Below, piece after piece: positions 56,138-64,000 of a stretch of DNA of 64,000 nucleotides. Location of the stretch: positions 1,602 through 65,601 of the forward strand of contig CAYYLO010000004.1 in the NCBI GenBank assembly GCA_964472675.1, written 5' to 3'. Position numbers and translations under genes: made by a program. This DNA is from an uncultured Gammaproteobacteria bacterium (lineage in GTDB: Bacteria > Patescibacteriota > Microgenomatia > UBA8517 > UBA10165). Each line of letters begins with the position of its first letter. Within the stretch, counting starts at the first letter, position 1. The notes beneath the pieces were generated by a model. That model was not told where the DNA came from, searched no databases, and saw only the letters and a list, made by a program, of their open reading frames with translations.

Positions 56138-57172
56138 CTATTTTTCTCTTAAGATATAGTATGTTGCCTTGCCTTTGCCTTTTCTACTGATTAAAGCTAA
56201 ATCTATTAATTTTTTAAAATCCAGTGCTCTGGTTGCCTTTGCCCGGTCAACTAACTTTGCATAATCTCGGTCAGCAATAAATCCTTTTTCGCGAGTAAAC
56301 TCAAGTACCTTCAGGTGATAAGATTTTAGTTGAGTCTCTGGATTTATTCCAACTTCCGGAAGCATTTTTTGCACTCTTAAAAGCTCATCAATAATTCCCT
56401 CTGTAAAATATTCCAACCACAAGGTGAAATCAATTTTATTTACTAATTCATAATAATTACCAAATTCTCCGACAGTTTGAAAGTATTTAGTAACATTTTT
56501 GTTGTAGTAATTCTCGAAACTGAAAAGGTTAAAAGTATTTAATCCCATTTCAGCAAGTAAGACTTTTGTTGCCAGACGTGTCGTTCTCCCATTCCCATCC
56601 ATAAAAGGATGGATTATTACCATCTGTTTATGGAAAATACCGGCTAAAATAAGCGGATCAATTTCGCTTCGGTTACTATTTACAAACTCAATCATATCCT
56701 TTATTAGTTTCTTTACGTCTTTTACGTCAGGAGGCAGATATACAACTTTTCGCGTCCTTGGATCATTGACAACCACCGGTTTCTCCCGAAATTTACCAGT
56801 TTCAAATTCAGGCAATAGTCCAACGGTCACTTGCTTTTGAATTTTTAATATTATCTCAAGAGATAATATTACTTGCGTTTTTTCAAGCTTTTCATTCAAA
56901 TTCTGGAGTGCTTGATTATAGTTCAAAACTTCCTTTTCACTATCTCTTACGTGAGCAGGTTTAGATTTAAGGATTTTTTTAACCTCAGTTAAGGGTAAGG
57001 GATTACCTTCAATGCTTGTTGAAGCATAGGTTGAAACCGCTCTTGCAGCTTGCTCAATCTCTACCAACACAATATTGGGAAATCGCCTATTGTTCAAATC
57101 GTTTACCAAAGTATTGATTCTTTTAATGTTTGCTAAGAGGCGATCTGTGATTGTATAGCGAGGATTAAACAT
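56138..57172 (-). CDS. Fic family protein with C-terminal HTH
   Basis: STSIEGN, HPFMDGNGRTTR. Confidence 0.92.
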   Translation of the reverse strand: MFNPRYTITDRLLANIKRINTLVNDLNNRRFPNIVLVEIEQAARAVSTYASTSIEGNPLPLTEVKKILKSKPAHVRDSEKEVLNYNQALQNLNEKLEKTQVILSLEIILKIQKQVTVGLLPEFETGKFREKPVVVNDPRTRKVVYLPPDVKDVKKLIKDMIEFVNSNRSEIDPLILAGIFHKQMVIIHPFMDGNGRTTRLATKVLLAEMGLNTFNLFSFENYYNKNVTKYFQTVGEFGNYYELVNKIDFTLWLEYFTEGIIDELLRVQKMLPEVGINPETQLKSYHLKVLEFTREKGFIADRDYAKLVDRAKATRALDFKKLIDLALISRKGKGKATYYILREK

Positions 57173-57253
57173 ACTGTGCCCGCCGTTTCAAGCGCTCTTC
57201 GTTAGGAGGGTAGACGTATTATAGACGAATATTAGACGAATTGCAATGGTTTG

Positions 57254-57327
57254 TGACCCCGACCGGATTTGAACCGGTGATCTTCAGGATGAGAACCTGA
57301 TGTCCTAAACCGCTAGACGACGGGGCC
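57254..57327 (-). tRNA. tRNA-Glu(CUC), CCA not encoded in place
   Basis: GGCCCCG acceptor; TCAGG-TTCTCAT-CCTGA anticodon arm; GGTTCAAATCC. Confidence 0.95.
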
Positions 57328-57410
57328 AATTGGGTTATTATATCTCTTTCAAGTTCAAAACAAAAACTTCTCATATCAAAGTCACACATTCTCGATGTAG
57401 ACTTGCAACA

Positions 57411-58022
57411 ATGGATGTGGAAAGGTTGAGAGAAGCAAGAACTGAGTTTGTTGCCACACTTGAGCTGGTTGGGCCAGTCTTGCAGCAATTGGAACAAAAA
57501 GTGCGAGATTTTGGACCTGAGCAGATTCTCAAACCTGAAGTTGCGGAAGAGATAAGAAGTGATTATGAAAGCATTTTGGACGCAATAGCCACGTCGGTCT
57601 TGGACGCTTCTGAGCAAACTGGTCTACCTCCGGAAGAGATTTACACTGCCCAACAAATTGCTTTAAATGATTTTGTTCGGGCCATGCTAACTCCTCCTCT
57701 CCCATTGTCTGAGGAGCAATGTGAGGAAGAAGGTATGCCATATCTTCTGGATTCGTGGGTCGCAGACCATACAAATTGGTGGGAACGTTTATCTGCCGAA
57801 CAAAAATCAGCGTTCTCTAACATATTGGGGATAGACCTTTTCCAGGCTGATAAATTTGTTCCTGCTAGCATTGAAGAATATCAGGTTATTTATAAATCTG
57901 ATCAACTGATAAAAATACCTGCTGCCTTGGGTTTGCCGGCAACTTCCTTTTATCCAGTTCTGGTTTGTGATTGGTACCGTGGGCCAGCTTTAACTTGCAT
58001 TCCAGTTGTTAATAGTGATTAG
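57411..58022 (+). CDS. Hypothetical protein
   Basis: ATG at 57411 after TAGACT -10-like box; acidic helical ORF. Confidence 0.6.
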   Translation: MDVERLREARTEFVATLELVGPVLQQLEQKVRDFGPEQILKPEVAEEIRSDYESILDAIATSVLDASEQTGLPPEEIYTAQQIALNDFVRAMLTPPLPLSEEQCEEEGMPYLLDSWVADHTNWWERLSAEQKSAFSNILGIDLFQADKFVPASIEEYQVIYKSDQLIKIPAALGLPATSFYPVLVCDWYRGPALTCIPVVNSD

Positions 58023-58032
58023 ATTAATAGCG

Positions 58033-58848
58033 ATGAAATCCATCAAGCTTAATGATCAAGCTCAGATTCCAGCATTGGGATTTGGGACGTGGCAGATGAG
58101 GGGGGATGAATGTGTACGCGCGGTCTTAACGGCTTTGGAAGTAGGTTATCGGCATATTGACACGGCAGATGTATACGGCAACCATAAAGATGTTGCTAAG
58201 GCTATAAAAGAGAGTGGTTTGGCGCGGGAAGAATTATTTATTACTACCAAGATTCCTTGGGATTTGCTTCGCGCGCCAGATGTTTTAGAGAACTTTAACC
58301 GATACCTTGACGAGCTGGACATGTCTTATGTTGATCTCTTTTTGGTTCATTGGCCAAATAAGCAAATTCCAATTCTTGACACCCTTGGAGCAATGAACCA
58401 ACTCAAGCAGGAAGGAAAGGTTAAAGCAGTTGGTGTTTCAAATTTTACGTCTCACCACCTTCAGGATGCTCTGACAACTGGTCATAAAATAACTTTAAAC
58501 CAGGTTGAACTTCACCCAACTTTTAACCAGCTCGAGCTTCAGGTATTTTGCAAGGCGAGAAATATCACTATGACTGCCTATTCTCCTTTGGGTAGAGGAG
58601 AAGATTTGGCCCACCCTGCAATTTTGGAATTGGCCAAAAAATATGGCGTTTCTCCTGCTCAGGTTATTTTAAACTGGATTATCTCGCGAGGAATTGTGGC
58701 TATTCCCAAAAGTGCCAATCCCCAAAGAATCGAGGATAACTATAAATCTGTTTCTTGGGAGATGGAAAAGATCGACATAGAAAAGGTTAACAATATTTCA
58801 CAGCAACCCAGAATACTGAATCGCCCCAATTCGGAGTTTGACTACTAA
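58033..58848 (+). CDS. Aldo/keto reductase
   Basis: LGFGTW, GYRHIDTA, FITTK, VHWP, GVSNF, AYSPLG, IPKS. Confidence 0.93.
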   Translation: MKSIKLNDQAQIPALGFGTWQMRGDECVRAVLTALEVGYRHIDTADVYGNHKDVAKAIKESGLAREELFITTKIPWDLLRAPDVLENFNRYLDELDMSYVDLFLVHWPNKQIPILDTLGAMNQLKQEGKVKAVGVSNFTSHHLQDALTTGHKITLNQVELHPTFNQLELQVFCKARNITMTAYSPLGRGEDLAHPAILELAKKYGVSPAQVILNWIISRGIVAIPKSANPQRIEDNYKSVSWEMEKIDIEKVNNISQQPRILNRPNSEFDY

Positions 58849-58879
58849 ACAAGTTTTAAGCTAGAATATCGGCAAGGAC

Positions 58880-58952
58880 TTGACAAATTTTGTTTAAGGA
58901 CTAACATTTAATCATAAAAACAAAGGCTCGAAAGAGTCTTTTAAGGTTTTTT
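58880..58952 (+). promoter_or_regulatory. greA promoter plus leader terminator-like hairpin
   Basis: TTGACA, 16 nt, TAACAT; AAAGGCTC-gaaa-GAGTCTTT followed by T-rich tract. Confidence 0.6.
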
Positions 58953-58964
58953 AAAGGTACTTCA

Positions 58965-59417
58965 ATGATACAGTTAACCGAAGCTGGTTTCCATAAATTA
59001 CAAAAAGAGTATGACAATTTGATAAACAGCAAGCGCCCGGCTGCTGTTGATCGGTTGGCGCAAGCTCGTTCTATGGGCGACTTGTCGGAAAATAGCGATT
59101 ACCATCAGGCCAAAGAAGCTTTAGAATTTATTGATGGTCGAGTTTCAGAGTTGGAGTTGGTATTAAAGCAAGCTATTGTTGTTAGTAAGAACCATTCAAG
59201 CAAGGAAGTTGAAGTGGGTGCAAGGGTAAAAGTTTCTATTCGGGGCTCTGAGCATGTCTTTAGTATTGTCGGGGAATGGGAAGCAGACCCTAAAGAGAAA
59301 AAAATCTCTCACGAATCGCCACTTGGTAAAGCTTTAATTGGGAGGAAAGTTGGAGAAACTGTTGAAGTCCAAGCTCCCGCAGGCAAGGTTGAATATACCA
59401 TAGTAGGAATTGAGTAA
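58965..59417 (+). CDS. greA: Transcription elongation factor GreA
   Basis: GDLSENSDY, ISHESPLGKALIG. Confidence 0.95.
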   Translation: MIQLTEAGFHKLQKEYDNLINSKRPAAVDRLAQARSMGDLSENSDYHQAKEALEFIDGRVSELELVLKQAIVVSKNHSSKEVEVGARVKVSIRGSEHVFSIVGEWEADPKEKKISHESPLGKALIGRKVGETVEVQAPAGKVEYTIVGIE

Positions 59418-59439
59418 CCTCTTGCGTTATACTAGCCTC

Positions 59440-61005
59440 ATGTATTGGGCAGATCGCATTTCCGAAGAAATTATTAAAAGTGGTAAGTTCTCTCCTTATT
59501 GGGTTGACGATATGAAAACCCCCTCAGGTTATGCACACATAGGCTCTCTTTTGGGTCCGGTTATTCACAGCACCCTTTACCGCGCTTTAAAAAACAAGGG
59601 CCAAAAAGCTACTTTTACGTTTGTAATAAATGATTTTGACCCAGCTGATGATCTCCTTCCTGAACTGAGGGGTAAATTTGAGCAATATTTAGGAATGCCT
59701 TTGAAACTTGCTCCTTCACCTGTCCCAGGTTTTGAAAGCATGGCGGACTTATTTGGCCAGGATTTTATAACTTCCATAAAAAATTTGGGAGTTGAAGCTG
59801 AAATTCTTTCTTCCTGGGATTTGTATCACGAAGGCAAGTTTGATGAAGTTATTCGGATGGCTTTGGACAATGCTGAAAAAATTCAGGACATTTATCAGCG
59901 TATTGCGGGAAGCAAGAAAAAAGAAGCGGGCTGGCTGCCTTTACAGGTGATTTGCGAAAACTGTAGGAAGTTGGGTACAACTCGCGTTTATGGCTGGGAT
60001 GGGGAGAAAGTCTCGTATAAGTGCGAACTGGCAATGGTGAAATGGGCCCAAGGTTGTGGACACGAAGGAAAGGTTAGCCCGTTTGGAGGAACAGGAAAAC
60101 TGCCCTGGAAGGTTGATTGGGCTGCGCATTGGAAGGTCTTGGGCATAACTATTGAAGGAGCGGGGAAAGACCACGCTTCAGCTGGCGGAAGTTATGATAT
60201 TGCCATGGAAATAGTTAAAGAAGTTTTCAATTATCCCCAGCCATATAAACTCCCTTATGAATTTATCTTAATAGGCGGACGCAAAATGTCTTCCTCAAAA
60301 GGAATTGGCCTTAAAGCACATGATTTGGTTAAAATTTTGCCTCCCCAAGTCGGAAGATTTTTATTTGTTGCCCGCGACATAAAAAGCCAAGCAAACTTTG
60401 ACCCTAACGGAACAATGGCTATCCCAGATTTGTTTGATGAGCATGATCGTGCGTGGAGGTTACATATCACAGACCCAGATCACCCGCTAGCTCGTGCTTT
60501 TGTCTATGCGCAAACCAACGGTTTTTCGTTAACAGATGATGTGTATTTGCCAAGATTTCGTGATGTGGCAAACTATCTTCAGATGCCGAACGTAAGTTTG
60601 GTTGAAAAGTTCGAGAATCTGAAAGGCGGGAAGTTAACAAAAGAAGAAACTACAATTCTCGATGAAAGGAGAAAGTATGCACAGATTTGGCTGGAGAATT
60701 ACGCGCCTGAAGATTTTCGTTTGCAAATGACCAGCAGTTTTCCTGAATTGGCAAAGGACTTTACCCCCGAGCAGAAAAAGTTTTTACACGAAGCGGCAAA
60801 GTTAGTTGAGAAAGAGATGGGTGAGGAAGAACTGCAGTTGGCGATTTATAACCTTTCTAAAGAGTTGAAAGTGCCTTCAAAAGAAGCATTTGGAGCAATT
60901 TATCGAAGCTTTTTGGGGAAAGACCATGGGCCCAAAGCTGCTTGGCTGTTAAAAAAATATCCCCAGGAGAAAGTAATTGAAAGACTTGTGGAGGCTTCTA
61001 AATGA
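59440..61005 (+). CDS. lysS: Lysyl-tRNA synthetase, class I
   Basis: MYWAD, TPSGYAHIG, KLPWKVDW, GKDH, KMSSSKG. Confidence 0.93.
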   Translation: MYWADRISEEIIKSGKFSPYWVDDMKTPSGYAHIGSLLGPVIHSTLYRALKNKGQKATFTFVINDFDPADDLLPELRGKFEQYLGMPLKLAPSPVPGFESMADLFGQDFITSIKNLGVEAEILSSWDLYHEGKFDEVIRMALDNAEKIQDIYQRIAGSKKKEAGWLPLQVICENCRKLGTTRVYGWDGEKVSYKCELAMVKWAQGCGHEGKVSPFGGTGKLPWKVDWAAHWKVLGITIEGAGKDHASAGGSYDIAMEIVKEVFNYPQPYKLPYEFILIGGRKMSSSKGIGLKAHDLVKILPPQVGRFLFVARDIKSQANFDPNGTMAIPDLFDEHDRAWRLHITDPDHPLARAFVYAQTNGFSLTDDVYLPRFRDVANYLQMPNVSLVEKFENLKGGKLTKEETTILDERRKYAQIWLENYAPEDFRLQMTSSFPELAKDFTPEQKKFLHEAAKLVEKEMGEEELQLAIYNLSKELKVPSKEAFGAIYRSFLGKDHGPKAAWLLKKYPQEKVIERLVEASK

Positions 61006-61604
61006 CAAAAGAACAAGCTTTAAAACTTCTTCATGATAATATGGAGTCTGCCAACTTGAGAAAGCATTGCTATGCTGTTGGGGCGGTAATGCGTGCGTTG
61101 GCTCTTCGGTTAAACGCTGATAAATCCGCCGACGATACTGTCGGAGCGACTTCAGCTGTGGCGGATAAATGGGAAGTGGTTGGACTTTTACATGATTCCG
61201 ACTGGGAAAAAACAAAAGGAGAACCCAATAAGCACACAACCCTAACATATCAATGGCTTCTCGATTTGGGCGAAGCAGATCAAGAAATTCTTCACGCTAT
61301 AAAAACTCATAATTATGTCCATACGGGAGAAAATCCGCCTGAGACAAAAATGGAATGGGCCCTGTATTGTTGTGATGAGTTAACTGGCTTTATAATAGCA
61401 GTGACACTAGTTCAGCCGGAGAAAAAATTATCGTCGGTAACAAGCGAGAAGGTTTTGAAAAAATGGAATAAAAAAGAGTTTGCTGCGGCGGTTGACCGAA
61501 AGCAAATTGAAGAGTGTGAAGAGCGTCTTGGAGTTCAGTTGCAAGAGTTTATTGATATTTCGATTACAGCAATGCAAGGAATCGCTGATGAGTTGGGGTT
61601 GTAG
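61002..61604 (+). CDS. HD-domain (HDIG-like) protein
   Basis: LRKHCYAV, GLLHDSD, DELTGFI, FAAAVDR. Confidence 0.85.
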   Translation: MTKEQALKLLHDNMESANLRKHCYAVGAVMRALALRLNADKSADDTVGATSAVADKWEVVGLLHDSDWEKTKGEPNKHTTLTYQWLLDLGEADQEILHAIKTHNYVHTGENPPETKMEWALYCCDELTGFIIAVTLVQPEKKLSSVTSEKVLKKWNKKEFAAAVDRKQIEECEERLGVQLQEFIDISITAMQGIADELGL

Positions 61605-61608
61605 TAAC

Positions 61609-61696
61609 GTCATCCTGAACGAAAGTGAAGGATCTCTCGCGAATGCGAGATAGCACAGACAAGCTGTGAGATTCTTCGGCTCCGCCTCAGAATGAC
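61609..61696. repeat. REP-like paired inverted element
   Basis: GTCATCCTGAACGAAAGTGAAGGATCT...AGATTCTTCGGCTCCGCCTCAGAATGAC. Confidence 0.75.
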
Positions 61697-61704
61697 AAAC
61701 ATTT

Positions 61705-62985
61705 ATGATTGATATAAATCTAGTTCGCGAAAATATAGATTTAGTAAAAGCCGGTGTGGCCAAAAAGAAATATGACACTTTGGTTGTCGATCGTGTTGCC
61801 AAAACCGACCGGGAGCATGTCGCACTGCTTCAGAAAGTGGAAGACCTTCGTCACGAAAGAAATGTAATCAGCAAAGAATATACTCCCGAGAATGTTGCGC
61901 GCGGCAAAGAAATAAAAAGTGAATTGGCAAAACTTGAACCGGATTTGGAAAAGTTGGAAGTAGAAGTTAACGGGCTTTTGCAAAGTATACCCAATCTTCC
62001 TCAAGAAGGCATACCGGATGGTGAAGGAGAAGAAGACAATAAAGTTTTGCGGGAATGGGGTGTTCCAAAAGAATTTAATTTTACCCCAAAAGACCATCTA
62101 GAACTTGGAAAAGAATTAGATATTTTAGACTTTGACAGTGGCGCAAAGATTGCTGGTTCTGGGTTTTATTATTTAAAGAATGACGGGGCACTTTTAGAAA
62201 TTGCACTGGTGTCTTATGGCATGAAATTTTTGGCAGAGCGCGGATTTATTCCAATGTTGACGCCGGATGTTGCCAGAGAAAGATTTTATTTGGGGACGGG
62301 ATATTTACCCAAAGGCGACGAAGCGCAAACTTATGTTTTGGAAGGAACAGATTTGGGGCTTATTGCAACGGCAGAAGTTACACTAGCAGGATATCATGCA
62401 GACGAAATTTTAAACGAAAAAGATTTGCCCAAAAAATATGCTGGATACTCTCATTGTTTCCGACGCGAAGACGGTGCTTACGGGAAATATTCAAAAGGAC
62501 TTTACCGTGTGCATCAATTCACTAAAGTGGAAATGTTTGCTTACGCAAAACCTGAAGAATCCAAAAAAGTTCATGAAGAATTTCTAAAAACCGAAGAAGA
62601 GTTTTGGCAATCATTGGGAATTCCTTACCGCGTTTTGGAAATGTGTACCGGAGATTTGGGTGCTCAAGCCGCAAGAAAGATTGATTTGGAAGCTTGGATG
62701 CCAGGTAGGGCCGCTCAAGTAGGGCGAGCCTCGCCTGAAAGGCGGGGTGACTATGGCGAAGTAACTTCAACTTCTAACACAACAGACTATCAAGCGAGAA
62801 ATCTAAATATTCGGTACAGGAGGGGTGATAGGACAGAATATGTTCATACACTGAATGGAACACTATTCGCGTCTTCCCGTTGTCCACTTGCGATTATCGA
62901 AAACTACCAACAGGAAGACGGCAGCATTCTTATCCCCGAAGTTCTCCGGCCGTTTATGGGGAAAGAAAAAATAATTTCAAAATGA
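61705..62985 (+). CDS. serS: Seryl-tRNA synthetase
   Basis: LIATAE, CFRRE, GLYRVHQFTKVE, TDYQAR, HTLNGT. Confidence 0.96.
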   Translation: MIDINLVRENIDLVKAGVAKKKYDTLVVDRVAKTDREHVALLQKVEDLRHERNVISKEYTPENVARGKEIKSELAKLEPDLEKLEVEVNGLLQSIPNLPQEGIPDGEGEEDNKVLREWGVPKEFNFTPKDHLELGKELDILDFDSGAKIAGSGFYYLKNDGALLEIALVSYGMKFLAERGFIPMLTPDVARERFYLGTGYLPKGDEAQTYVLEGTDLGLIATAEVTLAGYHADEILNEKDLPKKYAGYSHCFRREDGAYGKYSKGLYRVHQFTKVEMFAYAKPEESKKVHEEFLKTEEEFWQSLGIPYRVLEMCTGDLGAQAARKIDLEAWMPGRAAQVGRASPERRGDYGEVTSTSNTTDYQARNLNIRYRRGDRTEYVHTLNGTLFASSRCPLAIIENYQQEDGSILIPEVLRPFMGKEKIISK

Positions 62986-63767
62986 ACCGGGAAGAAAAAT
63001 TTCAAGAGTTGTGGAAGTTACACGAAAAGTGGGGGAAAGGTTTTATCTTTGAGGAAACCCAAGACTTAACCGATGTGCGTTATTATTTAAATTTACAAGA
63101 CCCCAGCATTTATTACAACTATGCGCTTCCTATAGATGTTAATCAGGTAAATATAGAAGAGGTTGTGGATTTGTTTCAAAAGAAAGGTAAAGCTCCTGCC
63201 CTCTACCTGCAAGAAACTCACCAAAAAAGCGGTTTGCTGGAAAAGGCAGTCAAACATGGATTTTCCCTCGACAGCCGCGACACCTGGATGGTGTTAGACA
63301 ATGAACAATACTCAGACACAAAATTGGGTGTCGACATTGGGTTGGTGGATCTTAAAAGCTTTGAAGATTACAAGAAAATAATGTTTGAAGTGTTTGCTGA
63401 CTTTCCGGGGAATGACTATTACTTTGAAATGTGCCGACGAGCACTTGTAGGTGAGATAAGCAATTATTTTAATGACTTTAAGGCGGAGTTTTACCTTGTA
63501 TGTGACGCAGAAGTTCCAGTCTCTGGGGCTGGCCTCTTTTATTCTACAGAAGGGAACTTTGCGTATCTTCATGCGACAGGAACCTTAGAGAACTTTAGGG
63601 GGAAGGGCTATCAAACAGCTTTGATTCAACATCGTGTTAATCTTGCGTTAAATCTTGGAATATCAAATATCTATTCTTTGGTTGAACACGGCAGCCAATC
63701 TTGGAAGAATATGATTAAGAATGGCTTTATCCAAGCGCAAGTTGGATATATATTAGCTAAGAAATAG
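62982..63767 (+). CDS. GNAT family N-acetyltransferase
   Basis: TGTLENFRGKGYQTALI acetyl-CoA motif; ATGA overlap with serS. Confidence 0.82.
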   Translation: MNREEKFQELWKLHEKWGKGFIFEETQDLTDVRYYLNLQDPSIYYNYALPIDVNQVNIEEVVDLFQKKGKAPALYLQETHQKSGLLEKAVKHGFSLDSRDTWMVLDNEQYSDTKLGVDIGLVDLKSFEDYKKIMFEVFADFPGNDYYFEMCRRALVGEISNYFNDFKAEFYLVCDAEVPVSGAGLFYSTEGNFAYLHATGTLENFRGKGYQTALIQHRVNLALNLGISNIYSLVEHGSQSWKNMIKNGFIQAQVGYILAKK

Positions 63768-63862
63768 ACGCTATTCGTTTGTTATCTGGAATATCCATTG
63801 TTCTTGTCTAATTCTCATAATAATAAAGTATCCTTGTTGACATGCACAAGGAGGTTGATGTT

Positions 63863-64000
63863 ATGATTAAAAAAGATATGAAAAAAGTGAAAATAACAAA
63901 AAAAAAGAAGTTAATTGATTTAAAGAAATTTGTTCCTCTTGCGAAAAAGGTACGTAAGTATCTTGAAGAAGAAGAAGAGTACTTAAAAAATCATGAGAAT
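63863..64000 (+). CDS. Hypothetical protein, 5' part (runs out of the window)
   Basis: AAGGAGG SD, ATG at 63863, frame open to the end. Confidence 0.5.
   Translation, partial: MIKKDMKKVKITKKKKLIDLKKFVPLAKKVRKYLEEEEEYLKNHEN

Overview
64-kb chromosomal window from a small-genome bacterium. Gene content and style (compact genes, class I LysRS, archaeal-type AspRS, DUF5679, C-terminally anchored 'VLG' surface proteins, many apparently leaderless starts) point to Patescibacteria/CPR, probably Microgenomates; this is an inference. The backbone is housekeeping: recX, rny, HU, miaA, rnpB, comM, dtd, nth, secDF, cca, recJ, aspS, gltX, lon, greA, lysS, serS, tRNA-Gln(CUG) and tRNA-Glu(CUC). Main observations: (1) a 12.3-kb block bounded by a 22-bp direct repeat encodes two giant surface proteins; one carries a circularly permuted animal-type heme peroxidase (peroxicin-like) apparently inserted into an Ig domain, the other an exact 761-bp internal duplication. 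(2) An accessory block at 5.7-8.1 kb holds a canonical T-box riboswitch in front of a non-amino-acid hypothetical gene and a 1:2/2:3/3:4 leader-peptide attenuator in front of an MFS pump. (3) Small recombinase-less islands sit at both tRNAs, and their distal junctions show the same +5-bp spacing shift expected of serine-integrase attP versus attB arms. (4) Palindromic mini-elements are inserted in-frame in recJ, serS and an HD protein, and in RNase P RNA. (5) A CIRCE-like operator overlaps the lon promoter. All family assignments are from motif recognition by eye; no searches were run.
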